The notes under the pieces are model-generated. The model saw only the letters and a program-made list of their open reading frames with translations. It was not told the DNA's origin and did not search any database. From positions 29,590-93,589 of the IMG/VR virus record IMGVR_UViG_3300010396_000045: 64,000 bases of DNA; one strand, written 5' to 3'. Numbering within the stretch: position 1 is the stretch's first letter; the number at the start of each line of letters is the position of its first letter. The DNA is from a virus. The position numbers and the translations under genes were made by a program. This document shows positions 45,227 to 54,490 of the stretch, one piece after another.

Positions 45227-45433
45227 ATGCGCGAATGCCGGGACTGCAATTACTCGACTAGCGACGGGATCTGCCTGCATGAGTCAGCACGCGACCCGTC
45301 AGGCACACATCCGAACCTCTCGACCGCTGAGAACCGCGCCTTCGTCGATACGCAGGGACGCTACTGCGGTAGAGAGGGACGCTTCTGGATGGCTCGAGAC
45401 CTCGTCTGGCCGTCCGCGCCGATTGAGGGATAG
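45227..45433 (+). CDS. Small Cys-rich protein (similar to 53938-54138)
   Basis: CRDC..C..CGREGRFW; AGGAG RBS. Confidence 0.55.
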   Translation: MRECRDCNYSTSDGICLHESARDPSGTHPNLSTAENRAFVDTQGRYCGREGRFWMARDLVWPSAPIEG

Positions 45434-45547
45434 TTAGCGCGCGGCGTAACCGCGATCACGAACCCTAGCCAGACGACGAACGCGCCAAATATGATGATGC
45501 CGTGGGCCATCCAATCCAGCACGTCGACTATCAGGTAGACGGACATC

Positions 45548-47164
45548 CTACTGGGCCGAAAACCCGTAGCCCCCAGTGCTATGAAACGAATGGCTAGCGC
45601 CAGAGATAGCTTTACCGTCGTACGACCCGCTTAGGAGATACATATTCCTGTCGGTCTGCGGCGTGCCGTTATAGAGATCGTTGGTGAACGTGACGGTGAT
45701 CTGCGGAGGCGACGACCACGTTCCGAAGACCGTAAAGACCTGTTGCTGCTTCTGAGAGTGAAGCGCTTTGACAGGCTGTGGGTTGGGCCAAGCGGGAGAG
45801 CCGTTGACGCTTATCTGCGCCAAGGCATCGCCCTGGTAAGCGTCCTCGTTCAGATATAGCTGCAAGGCGTGTCCGCCTAGAGCCGCTACAGGCCCCGCCA
45901 TTGCCGATGGAGTAGGAGCGGGAGGGGGAGTTGGCGTCCCGCTCGCTGCCTCGAGGATATATGTCGAATAGCCGTTAAGCGTAAGCTGCGCTGAGGAGGC
46001 ATTGCTCAGAGTGGCGGTAGGAGTCGTCCCCTTGCTGACGTCGTAGATCTTTACCGTGCCGAACGTCTGACCGAACTGCACAGTTACCGGAGCAGATCCG
46101 GAGGCTATTTCACTCCAGACGGCAAGATCATATGCGCCGTTCGACTTCTGGAGCAGCAGGCTATGAACCGTTCCTGGTTGGTTGGAGATAGAATAATCCA
46201 TTGACCCCAGACTGGCAGGAGCGGAGTTGTCAGCTAGGATCGACGTCAGGTTGTGGATATAGGTCGCGGCTGGCTTCGCTGTCCCATCGCTATGGTACAG
46301 ACCTTGTGCGCCGCTTGAGCCCTCGCCATCGACCATCTCGTAAATGAAGGTATAGCGCCAGCCACGCGCAAACTGCGCTAGATAGGTGTTCGTCAGCACG
46401 CCAGCCTGGACGGCCTCATTACCATCGGAGACGCTGTCCCAGCCAGTCTCGGTCGTCACACGAGGCAGCGTTTGAAGATCGGCGTTTGAATAGCCGGAGA
46501 AGCCCTTCATCCATGTGCGGCCATACTCGACGTAGAGCCCATCCCACGCGCCGTTCAGCGTCGGATCTGCTGCGGACCACGGCATGTTGTCGATAAGATG
46601 CCCGACGTGGCCAGAGACGTAGTTGTGCGGGTTAGCATAGTCAGCGAGCTTCGTGCCGGGAGGAGCGGCGCTTATCGTCCCCGCACCGGAGGGGACAATT
46701 AGGAACTGCATCCCCGCGTTGTTGGTCTCTGCCCCTCCCTCGCTTACGTGGAAGACCGGGTAGTTCTTTAGCTGCGGATCATTCTTCAGGCCGCTGTAGA
46801 GTGCAGCCTGGCATTGCGCGACAGGCCCCCAGTCTCCCATCCCGCCGCCTTGCTGGCCATTGAAGGTAATGGGCCAGTTGTTCGGCTCGTTCGCTCCTTC
46901 AAGCGATAGCAGCGCTCCAGCCGAGGCTAGTTGCTTTGCCTGCGAAAGCTGGTCGGCTACTCCACATTCAGCAACGAGGTCCATCAGGACGCCGGTCTGC
47001 TGATGCACTGAAAGGGTGGTGGAGAGGTTGCGCCCGCCGTCACGGATATTGCGGACGCCGGTATATTGCAGCATATCCGCATGGCCCGGGTAGCCCTGGT
47101 CGATGTGGGTTACGACGCCGAGAGACGAAAGGAACGCCACAGCGGCAACAGCAGTTGTGCTCAT
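45548..47164 (-). CDS. Clan GH-A glycoside hydrolase + C-terminal carbohydrate-binding domain
   Basis: EGANEPNN acid/base and TETGW nucleophile motifs; NEDAYQGDA..FTNDLY..DRNMY. Confidence 0.7.
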   Translation of the reverse strand: MSTTAVAAVAFLSSLGVVTHIDQGYPGHADMLQYTGVRNIRDGGRNLSTTLSVHQQTGVLMDLVAECGVADQLSQAKQLASAGALLSLEGANEPNNWPITFNGQQGGGMGDWGPVAQCQAALYSGLKNDPQLKNYPVFHVSEGGAETNNAGMQFLIVPSGAGTISAAPPGTKLADYANPHNYVSGHVGHLIDNMPWSAADPTLNGAWDGLYVEYGRTWMKGFSGYSNADLQTLPRVTTETGWDSVSDGNEAVQAGVLTNTYLAQFARGWRYTFIYEMVDGEGSSGAQGLYHSDGTAKPAATYIHNLTSILADNSAPASLGSMDYSISNQPGTVHSLLLQKSNGAYDLAVWSEIASGSAPVTVQFGQTFGTVKIYDVSKGTTPTATLSNASSAQLTLNGYSTYILEAASGTPTPPPAPTPSAMAGPVAALGGHALQLYLNEDAYQGDALAQISVNGSPAWPNPQPVKALHSQKQQQVFTVFGTWSSPPQITVTFTNDLYNGTPQTDRNMYLLSGSYDGKAISGASHSFHSTGGYGFSAQ

Positions 47165-47174
47165 CGGCGCTCCT

Positions 47175-47987
47175 CTAGGCGGGCATTTTGCTGGCTAAGA
47201 ACCGATCAGGAACGATAACTTCGCTGAAGCATCTACAATTCCAGATCATTCCCGCGTGGTATGGCGGAACTCCTGCGTCGACCTCTGGAGGCTGGTCCCA
47301 TCGGACGAATTTGCCCTCCATCTCGCGGTGGCTTTTTCGGACTCTACCGTCGCGAACAGTCCGCCAAATGTACCCGGGAGAGCCGATATGCTGCGCTCTA
47401 GCCTGCGTCAGCGACGACGAAACCCGCGCCGTCTCCGTCCGCGCTATCATCGTCGCCCGGTTCCGCGTTACGCGCCCGGTCTCCATGATATGTTCGATCA
47501 GTGAGCCGTAGCGCTCGCCCGCGTAGAGGTTACCGATCGCTATCTCGTGGACTCTCTCTGCCGCCTGCGTCGGGAGCGACGTTATGAGGTGGACCTGCTC
47601 CTCTAGGTATTGCCGCATAGCAAAGCCGGTCGGAGCCGTCTGTATTTCCCGAGCTAGCTCTCGGCTCATCTTCTTCGATAGCCGAAACCACGCCTGCTCG
47701 TCCCTGCGCGCGACCTCTGCTATAAAGCGTGTGGCTACCGCCCTCGCCCACGGCTCTATGAGTGCCGAGTAACGGTGTAGGAGTTGCTCCAGGTGCGCCA
47801 GGTCCATTTCAACGCCCGGGGACGCGAAGGCCCGCACCAGGTCTTCGATGTGCTTTGCCACTTGGCGCAAACGTCGGCCATAGTCGTTTTCCGCCCTGCG
47901 AACTTTCGCAAAGGCTGCGCGCTCCTCAAAGCTCTCCTGCTGACGGTCAGAAGCGAAGGATATTGCGGACAACGCTGAGAGCGGCAT
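47175..47987 (-). CDS. Minor head protein (MuF/SPP1 gp7)
   Basis: IARTET, YIWRTVRDGRVRKSH, WNCRC. Confidence 0.9.
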   Translation of the reverse strand: MPLSALSAISFASDRQQESFEERAAFAKVRRAENDYGRRLRQVAKHIEDLVRAFASPGVEMDLAHLEQLLHRYSALIEPWARAVATRFIAEVARRDEQAWFRLSKKMSRELAREIQTAPTGFAMRQYLEEQVHLITSLPTQAAERVHEIAIGNLYAGERYGSLIEHIMETGRVTRNRATMIARTETARVSSSLTQARAQHIGSPGYIWRTVRDGRVRKSHREMEGKFVRWDQPPEVDAGVPPYHAGMIWNCRCFSEVIVPDRFLASKMPA

Positions 47988-48135
47988 CGAAGTCCCTGTC
48001 TATCCCCGACATCGCCCCGCGTTCATACTCAATATGCCAGACGAACGGGCCGGGTATCGGCTCCCCTGTATCCCTATTGATCGTCTCGCGCTCGCCGATC
48101 CGGATCACCTTAACGTCGCCGAAGTCGTGTTGCAT
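47947..48135 (-). CDS. Hypothetical protein
   Basis: TAATG coupling to portal. Confidence 0.4.
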   Translation of the reverse strand: MQHDFGDVKVIRIGERETINRDTGEPIPGPFVWHIEYERGAMSGIDRDFDAALSVVRNILRF

Positions 48136-50081
48136 TAGACCTCGCCGTTCGGCTGGGTGGTCGCGGACTCCTCAACGAACCTGCGGAAAGCGTCGATGTT
48201 CATACGCCGTACCTTGCCGACCTTCTTGCCCTGGAGCGTCTCGTAGCTTTCCACAGCGCTCTTCCGGTCAGGGTATCCCAGAGCGAACTGGTAATCCTCG
48301 AACGCGCCGTCATCGCCTAGCTGCTCGATAGCCCATACAGCCGTGCTGTCCGCTGCGTCACCCACGAAGCATGATATCCTGGCGTCCTCGGACTGGACGA
48401 ATCCGCGACCCGCGTCGTCTACCTGTACCGGGACGCCCTGGACGTCGACCACATGAAACTTGCGCCTCACGTCCTTGCGGGATTGCATAGGCCTCAGATG
48501 AGCGTAGTGGTCGTCTACGTCCTCCTTGGTATCCAGCCCGCTCTTGTGCCCCGGCATAAGCCCTACGTCCGCGATCTTGGGCGCTCCGTGGGCGCCTGCG
48601 GAACTCTCCTCGCTACCAAATAGCTCCTGGGACTCAGGGTGCTCTACGCCGCCCTCACGGCCCGCAGACGCAGCCTCCGGATTATCCGTCAACTCAGACG
48701 GCATCGGCGGCATCATCTCGGCGTCCTTGATCTCCTCGTCCGTGATGTTCGAGAAGATACCCGTTACCTTCGAGTTCTGCCTCAGTTCCTTGAGCGCAGC
48801 CGAATTGGACAGGATGCCAGCGCCTTGGGCATTTACGACAGCCTGTGTCACCGTTCCCGCGATCTGCGCCTTCTCTGTATCGGCAAGCTGCCACAGTGGC
48901 GCAAAATCGAAATTAAAGCCCTCAGGTAGAGGTTCGTTAAACAACGACCGATGGCACAGGTCATAGAGCATCCTTACCGGACGCCGTAGCCGGTCCTCCT
49001 GGGCGCTGTTGATGAAGTCGTAGTAGTTGCGGATATCCGACTCGCCAGTCGCGTTGAGACCCGCAGGAGACTGGCCGAATAGCCGAACAAGCGGGATCTG
49101 CGCCGCGCCGGATAGTTGCTGGCCGAACTGGATCAGCGTCTCGGATAACCCGCCGAAGCCGTAGCTGTGAGTCTCGAACTCGTCGTCCGCATCGAGGAGG
49201 GTAATGCCCTCGTTGGCCTGATACAGTCTGAGCTGCTTGACCATCTCGATAATGCCTTGGTACGCCGCGCCCCCGAAAGCGATAGCCTCCCGGAGTTGCT
49301 TGACCTTCAGCGTCCGTAGATGCGCCCGGTAGATAAGCTGTGCTGCGCCCTGAGTGGCTGAGTCAAACGCTACCAACCGATCATATAGAGGCTCGATGAC
49401 GGACAGGCCCCAGTAGTTCTCCGCCATACGCTGCCAGTAAGGCAGTTCCACGCCGTCCATGCGGATGCAGCGCGTGTAGTGGATTCTTGCGTGCGGTATG
49501 GTGCGCGCGTCGCTGACGACCTCGTAGTATTTCGGCATACCGTAGTCTTTGCCGAGGTCTCTAACCGGATCGTCGACGTGAGGCCAAACCATCCAACGGT
49601 CTAGGACCTGAAGCCCTTTGAACTGGCCTTTGCCGACCGTATCAATCCGTAAGGGGGTCTCTGGCCTTTGGCCTTCTATCAAGATGAACGCTAGACAGCC
49701 ACCGTAGAGGCGAGACCATTTAATCGTGTCGGTCAGACGCTGCCAGATGAGATTGTCTTCTACATATTCTTCTAGCCGGTCAATCTTGTCCGGAGGCATA
49801 TCCGACTCAATGTTGATCCGCTCTCGGGTCATATCCTCCGCGACGGCGTCAACGATCGTTCTGATTAGCCAACTTCCCCTGTAACCAAACTCCAAAAGTG
49901 TGTGATTTCTAGTTATTGGGTTCAGCGTATAGGTCGAACCCGAACTAAGATTGCTGGCGCCTAGCCCGAGGCTGGCTGCGAAGTTCTGATACGTGTCGCC
50001 AACAAACGCCTTATTGCTGCCCGCAGGCACGCGGACGGTAGGCTTAGTCGAGGCAGGCGCTACCTTTGGTCTCCTTGCCAT
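48135..50081 (-). CDS. Portal protein (DUF1073) with C-terminal extension
   Basis: WSRLYGG, IHYTRCI, IPLVRLFGQSPAGLNATGESDIRNYYD. Confidence 0.9.
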   Translation of the reverse strand: MARRPKVAPASTKPTVRVPAGSNKAFVGDTYQNFAASLGLGASNLSSGSTYTLNPITRNHTLLEFGYRGSWLIRTIVDAVAEDMTRERINIESDMPPDKIDRLEEYVEDNLIWQRLTDTIKWSRLYGGCLAFILIEGQRPETPLRIDTVGKGQFKGLQVLDRWMVWPHVDDPVRDLGKDYGMPKYYEVVSDARTIPHARIHYTRCIRMDGVELPYWQRMAENYWGLSVIEPLYDRLVAFDSATQGAAQLIYRAHLRTLKVKQLREAIAFGGAAYQGIIEMVKQLRLYQANEGITLLDADDEFETHSYGFGGLSETLIQFGQQLSGAAQIPLVRLFGQSPAGLNATGESDIRNYYDFINSAQEDRLRRPVRMLYDLCHRSLFNEPLPEGFNFDFAPLWQLADTEKAQIAGTVTQAVVNAQGAGILSNSAALKELRQNSKVTGIFSNITDEEIKDAEMMPPMPSELTDNPEAASAGREGGVEHPESQELFGSEESSAGAHGAPKIADVGLMPGHKSGLDTKEDVDDHYAHLRPMQSRKDVRRKFHVVDVQGVPVQVDDAGRGFVQSEDARISCFVGDAADSTAVWAIEQLGDDGAFEDYQFALGYPDRKSAVESYETLQGKKVGKVRRMNIDAFRRFVEESATTQPNGEV

Positions 50082-50113
50082 AAGCGCCTGACCTCAATCC
50101 AAGGAAAGCAGAA

Positions 50114-50926
50114 TTACGCCGCATTATGAGCGGCAAATACCTGCTGCAAGTCGGGAGACATCGACAGCGACGTATCGCCGAGCTGCTGACCCCACGAATA
50201 GGCATAGTCGAACTTCGGGCTAGGCAGCAGGCTCGCCCAACGCTGGAGGATCTCGTTCTCCTGCGTCGTGCTCGGCAGGTTCCAATCGCCGCCCGGATAG
50301 TTGCCGAACGCCTGGAACAACGGGACCATCTGGCTATCCTGCCAACCGGCGCTCTCCCAAGCAGCAACCCGATCGTTGATTACGTCTAGGTTCATGCCGC
50401 CGGCATATTGTGAGCGTACCGGGTAGGGATCGACGCCAACGAGGTCGTTGCTGGTCGTCATATCGACCGCTGCTGGGCCAAACGCCGCAACCGGGCTGGT
50501 ATCGCCGCTCATGTTCTCGGGCAGAACGAAGGACATCTTCGTCGGCGCATGCTGGTGGATATAATCAACCTCGGCCTTGAGGTTCACCGCGTCCCCAGGC
50601 TGCGCGTCGTCCGCCAGATAGTAGCCCCACACCTTCGGGTCACTGGCAGTGGCGTTGATCATGCTCTCGAACGAAGCCGTGTCGCCGGTCGGGCCACCAG
50701 TCCACATTAGACCGACAACGCCAGAAGGCAGGCTGTCCGCGACGGACTGCGAGCTTACGTCCGCCATATTGAAGCCGACGCTGCCGGGGTCGCCTGCTGC
50801 GTTGAAGTCGCCGTTCGCGAAATTCCCGTTCGCTGAATAGTGCAGCGTCGCGCCTGACGGTGGAGTTACAACCGGAGGCGGAGCGGGAGGTGGAGGTGAT
50901 GGGGAATGATGATGGCCATGACTCAT
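50114..50926 (-). CDS. Single-domain paralogue of the GH-like barrel in 38470-39951, His/Pro-rich N-terminus
   Basis: Highly similar to second repeat (YYLADDA, VGVDPYPV, YSWG); likely start MSHGHHH. Confidence 0.7.
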   Translation of the reverse strand: MSHGHHHSPSPPPPAPPPVVTPPSGATLHYSANGNFANGDFNAAGDPGSVGFNMADVSSQSVADSLPSGVVGLMWTGGPTGDTASFESMINATASDPKVWGYYLADDAQPGDAVNLKAEVDYIHQHAPTKMSFVLPENMSGDTSPVAAFGPAAVDMTTSNDLVGVDPYPVRSQYAGGMNLDVINDRVAAWESAGWQDSQMVPLFQAFGNYPGGDWNLPSTTQENEILQRWASLLPSPKFDYAYSWGQQLGDTSLSMSPDLQQVFAAHNAA

Positions 50927-50944
50927 ATTAGCGCTCCCATGTTT

Positions 50945-50961
50945 GTTTGCAGAATGCATAG
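50945..50961. promoter_or_regulatory. 17-bp operator copy GTTTGCA-GAA-TGCATAG
   Basis: Intergenic consensus match. Confidence 0.6.
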
Positions 50962-51009
50962 CGGCGCCTATATAGTCCCCGTCATGGGCAAAGCAAGCTG
51001 AGATTCGTC

Positions 51010-52188
51010 CTACGACCAGAAGGTAACGTTGAGTGTGCTGGCAAGATTAAATTGCGCAGTAGTATTTATTGGCCCTCCGGTCGGCCCGGTCGAATTGTTA
51101 TGGAAAGCCCAGATATTTGACGCGATCTGGCAGTTCGTGTTGCCGCCGCCATCATAAATAGCCCAGAACGGGGAATTATATCCTCCGCCAGCGTCATTTA
51201 GACCCGTCCGGCTCGTGTTGCCGGTGACGATTACGCCGTTGCAGTTCTGTAGGTAGATATCGCAGTCGTCAGCACTTCCGGGCGTACCGCTCTGGCCCTG
51301 TCCGCCTCGAGACAGCGAATTGCCGGTGACCGCCGAATTGCTCACAGCTCGTAGCTGGATATTCGCCTTGCCGTTCGCGTCGAACGAATTGCCGCCGGCT
51401 ATGACCAGGTCTCGCAGCGATCCGCCTGTGCCATCGGCTGTGATGCCGTAGTTCGAGCAGAACTCTACCCGAGAGACCGCCATCCTCACGCTGTGGCAGC
51501 CGTTCGTCAGGACGATACCGCTACCGCAGTTGGTTATCGTGCTGCCGCCTATTGAGGCGTGGTGCGCGCCTCGTATGCCAGCCGTAAAGCAGTCGTGTAT
51601 CCGCAAGCCCAGAAGCGTAGACGGGCCTCCTACGTTGAGGAAATCGACGCCTACCGAGCCGTTGAGGAACGTACAGTCGAAGAGGTCGATATAGCCCTTC
51701 GTCGCCTGGACACACGGCTGCGCGCTCGTGCCGACAACCTGGATATTGTGGAGCTGGCAGAACTGCCCGAGAGATATTGTCGGGTTGCTCGCGCTACTGC
51801 CCTGGATAACCGTGCCTAGGTTCGGGAAGCCAACCGTTCCTGAGTAGGATCCAGTGTTGCGACCGATAATCGCGCAACCGTCAGGGACGTTGAACGCCGA
51901 GACCTTCGATACGCCAGGAGGAGCTACGACCCACGCTCCAGTCCCTTGCGCGACCAGCATAACAGTCGTCCAGGCCGTTGTGTCGTCCGTAGAGCCGTCT
52001 GCTTTAACCCCGCCACCAAATATCGGGTCGGCAGCGTAGATTAGCCCCGAGGCGCTCAGGATGTCCGCGACAGGCTTGCCATAGGTAACGCCAGTGCCGG
52101 GACCACCATAGCCTACCGTGACGGGGATAATGTCCGTCTGAGACGTGCGCGTTGCCGTCTGGGGTAGATTCGAGATCGTCTCGGACAT
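51010..52188 (-). CDS. Right-handed beta-helix (pectate-lyase-like/tailspike-like) protein
   Basis: GVKADGSTDDTTAW; Asn/Cys ladder repeats. Confidence 0.75.
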   Translation of the reverse strand: MSETISNLPQTATRTSQTDIIPVTVGYGGPGTGVTYGKPVADILSASGLIYAADPIFGGGVKADGSTDDTTAWTTVMLVAQGTGAWVVAPPGVSKVSAFNVPDGCAIIGRNTGSYSGTVGFPNLGTVIQGSSASNPTISLGQFCQLHNIQVVGTSAQPCVQATKGYIDLFDCTFLNGSVGVDFLNVGGPSTLLGLRIHDCFTAGIRGAHHASIGGSTITNCGSGIVLTNGCHSVRMAVSRVEFCSNYGITADGTGGSLRDLVIAGGNSFDANGKANIQLRAVSNSAVTGNSLSRGGQGQSGTPGSADDCDIYLQNCNGVIVTGNTSRTGLNDAGGGYNSPFWAIYDGGGNTNCQIASNIWAFHNNSTGPTGGPINTTAQFNLASTLNVTFWS

Positions 52189-52200
52189 GAGAGCGGAAGA

Positions 52201-52383
52201 TCACCAGAAGCCGTGGTGCCAGGGACCAATAAAGCCCCCGAATAACACTACAAGGATGACTACGAGCAGGATGAGCCAGACCAGATTTCCGCTACCCGAG
52301 CCTATATATCCCGAGCGATAACCGTAATACCCGCCGCCACCAAACAGTAGCACCAGGACGATGATTAAAAGGATTAAACCCAT
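52201..52383 (-). CDS. DUF3309-like small membrane protein
   Basis: LILLIIVLVLLFGGGGYYGY. Confidence 0.7.
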   Translation of the reverse strand: MGLILLIIVLVLLFGGGGYYGYRSGYIGSGSGNLVWLILLVVILVVLFGGFIGPWHHGFW

Positions 52384-52403
52384 TGGATTTTCCTACGAAG
52401 CTA

Positions 52404-53081
52404 TTAGGGCGCCAATGCTGACTTGTTGAGCGGCGCGACCGCAATGGCGCTGGGAGTGGCATCTGAATGAGATGCATGAGAATTCACCCACAAACCGCCT
52501 ATCATCACCAACAGCACGAAAAACCCGACAATACCGCTGATGATCGTTATAATCTGTGTTAAGTTAGCACGCGCGTCTTCGGTCTGCGTCCGCGCGCCCT
52601 GATAGCCGCCCTCACCACGATCGAGCCGCCCCTTCAGGTTGGACAGATCGGCGCTTAACCCCTCAACCTTGGCGTTGATCAGGCTTTTGATGCCGTCTAG
52701 TTCCTTGGTGGCCGCCGCCTCGCTTTTAGTCAGAGCGGCAGTTGTAGCGACTATCTGTGCAGTGGCCGCATCCTTATGCGCAGCAATCGCGCCATCAAAG
52801 CGGAGATCACGCTCTACTAAGCGCTGGTCGACACCATCGATCCTGACGAGCGCAGTATGGACCTTCTCGTCGAAGCGCTGCACCACCCCCTCGAGTCGCG
52901 CTTCAAATAGGCGCGCGTAGCCTTCCCGCACGGCAGCAAGCGTATCGCGCATCCCGTCTAGCGCTAGATGAAACTCGCTGCGTATCTCCGACTTGGCTTT
53001 GGCGATCTCCCGCTCCGTGATGACGGTCGGGTCCGGTATCGGTATGTTGCTCGGAGCGGGATTCCTATAATTACCAGACAT
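52404..53081 (-). CDS. Coiled-coil protein with C-terminal TM
   Basis: Heptad-rich body, single TM; lysis region. Confidence 0.6.
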   Translation of the reverse strand: MSGNYRNPAPSNIPIPDPTVITEREIAKAKSEIRSEFHLALDGMRDTLAAVREGYARLFEARLEGVVQRFDEKVHTALVRIDGVDQRLVERDLRFDGAIAAHKDAATAQIVATTAALTKSEAAATKELDGIKSLINAKVEGLSADLSNLKGRLDRGEGGYQGARTQTEDARANLTQIITIISGIVGFFVLLVMIGGLWVNSHASHSDATPSAIAVAPLNKSALAP

Positions 53082-53091
53082 CGGTCGGGAG

Positions 53092-53325
53092 CTACTTTAT
53101 CTTATATAAGCGCTGCCTACGCCATTCCTGCTCCGCAGCCTGTTCGCTAAGACGACTGATCAGCATACCGTCTCGCTCCAAACGACGAAGTATCCGCTCG
53201 ATAGCATCAAGAGGAATATCGGTGCGCCGATGGAGATCCATCGCTGTCATCTCGTGCATATTAGTCATAAAGAACGAGAGGATAATATCTTCGCGTCGTC
53301 GGTTTCTGCGGGAAAATGGCCACAT
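53092..53325 (-). CDS. Small winged-helix protein
   Basis: ILRRLERDGMLISR..RRQRLYKI (PadR-like). Confidence 0.55.
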   Translation of the reverse strand: MWPFSRRNRRREDIILSFFMTNMHEMTAMDLHRRTDIPLDAIERILRRLERDGMLISRLSEQAAEQEWRRQRLYKIK

Positions 53326-53333
53326 CAGAGGAT

Positions 53334-53660
53334 CTACTCTTCCAGGCCCATCCTAACTAAGGTCGCATGATCGGCCAGCCCCGTGACGGGCAGGTCATTC
53401 TGCTGTTGATAGGACCGCATAGCGGCAGATGACTTCGGCCCCCATTGGCCATCCATAGGACCGCGATACAAGCCGGCGTCGCTCAACTTCTGCTGCACGT
53501 TGGTGATGTCTGCCACCGAATGCGGCGACGCGGCAATGCCTGACTCCATGGGTGGAGCACGCTCAGCAGCCGGAGGCGGCGCCTTGGCCTCGTGTCCGCC
53601 ACCTAGCAGGGACGAGCATCCGGCCATCGCCAGCACGCCAATGAGAGCAACATAACGCAT
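53334..53660 (-). CDS. Lipoprotein with peptidoglycan-binding domain
   Basis: Lipobox MAGC; VQQKL..GLY.GPMDG.WGP....AMRSYQ....LPVTG. Confidence 0.8.
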   Translation of the reverse strand: MRYVALIGVLAMAGCSSLLGGGHEAKAPPPAAERAPPMESGIAASPHSVADITNVQQKLSDAGLYRGPMDGQWGPKSSAAMRSYQQQNDLPVTGLADHATLVRMGLEE

Positions 53661-53672
53661 CTTCTAGGCTCC

Positions 53673-53756
53673 TCACCAATGGTGGTAATAACCGAAGCCG
53701 CCTCCCAGCAGGATGAACAGTACAACTATGATCAGGATGATTGTGAGAGGGTTCAT
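53673..53756 (-). CDS. 27-aa membrane peptide (DUF3309-like)
   Basis: Manual translation MNPLTIILIIVVLFILLGGGFGYYHHW; below track cutoff. Confidence 0.55.
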   Translation of the reverse strand: MNPLTIILIIVVLFILLGGGFGYYHHW

Positions 53757-53941
53757 GGCCGTTTCCGCTTTGCTTTGCGTTTCACGCCAGCCGTTACCTT
53801 GCCGACAGGAGCGACGATAGTGAGAGGCTTCGACGGCGGCTCGGTATGGACTACAGGCGTTACAACGATCAGCGCTGGCGTCTCCTCGCTATACTTCGCG
53901 AGATATCTGCAAAAGCGCTTATACCAGGGCTTCGCCATCAT
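53753..53941 (-). CDS. Hypothetical protein
   Basis: ATGA coupling on both sides. Confidence 0.45.
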   Translation of the reverse strand: MMAKPWYKRFCRYLAKYSEETPALIVVTPVVHTEPPSKPLTIVAPVGKVTAGVKRKAKRKRP

Positions 53942-54138
53942 CGAGCCTCAAATAGTTTGCCGTCGCGTCCGCATACCAACTGGTCGCCACGGGCGCTCTG
54001 ACAGCGCCAGTTCAGTTGCTCGCCGGTAACTACGTTGAATACCGCTTGGCAGATATAATCGCCTGCCAATGGCTTTGGGATATTCGGCGGGAGGATGTGG
54101 TGCTTGCAGTCAATACAGAACGGGGGTTGCTTGGCCAT
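53938..54138 (-). CDS. Small Cys-rich protein
   Basis: CIDCKH..C..C..CGRDGKLFE. Confidence 0.55.
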   Translation of the reverse strand: MAKQPPFCIDCKHHILPPNIPKPLAGDYICQAVFNVVTGEQLNWRCQSARGDQLVCGRDGKLFEAR

Positions 54139-54139
54139 C

Positions 54140-54490
54140 CTATGTCTCTCGCTTGGTCAGCGTCTTGTTGATAAGCGCCACAGCCTGCTCGCAGAGATAC
54201 GGCTTCATAAGCAGAGGCCAGCGGATTTCTCCCTTGCCGCCCGAGTAGCCCGTCGTTAGAACTACAGCGACCTCTGGATGGTCCCGGTGCGTCATATACG
54301 CCAGTTCGAGGCCAGATTCCCTGCCCAAGCGAATATCCGAGAACAGGACGTCAATCTGCTCGTTCTCTAGGATGGTCAGAGCCTCGGTAGCCGATGTCGT
54401 GGCGATAACCTCGAATCCGGCATAGCGTAGCAACTCAGCCTGCGTATCGAGTATCGCCGTCTCGTCCTCGACCAGCAGGATTCTTGTCAT
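54140..54490 (-). CDS. Single-domain response regulator (receiver)
   Basis: ILLVEDE, LFSDI phospho-Asp, SGLEL, TTGY, KPY. Confidence 0.9.
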   Translation of the reverse strand: MTRILLVEDETAILDTQAELLRYAGFEVIATTSATEALTILENEQIDVLFSDIRLGRESGLELAYMTHRDHPEVAVVLTTGYSGGKGEIRWPLLMKPYLCEQAVALINKTLTKRET

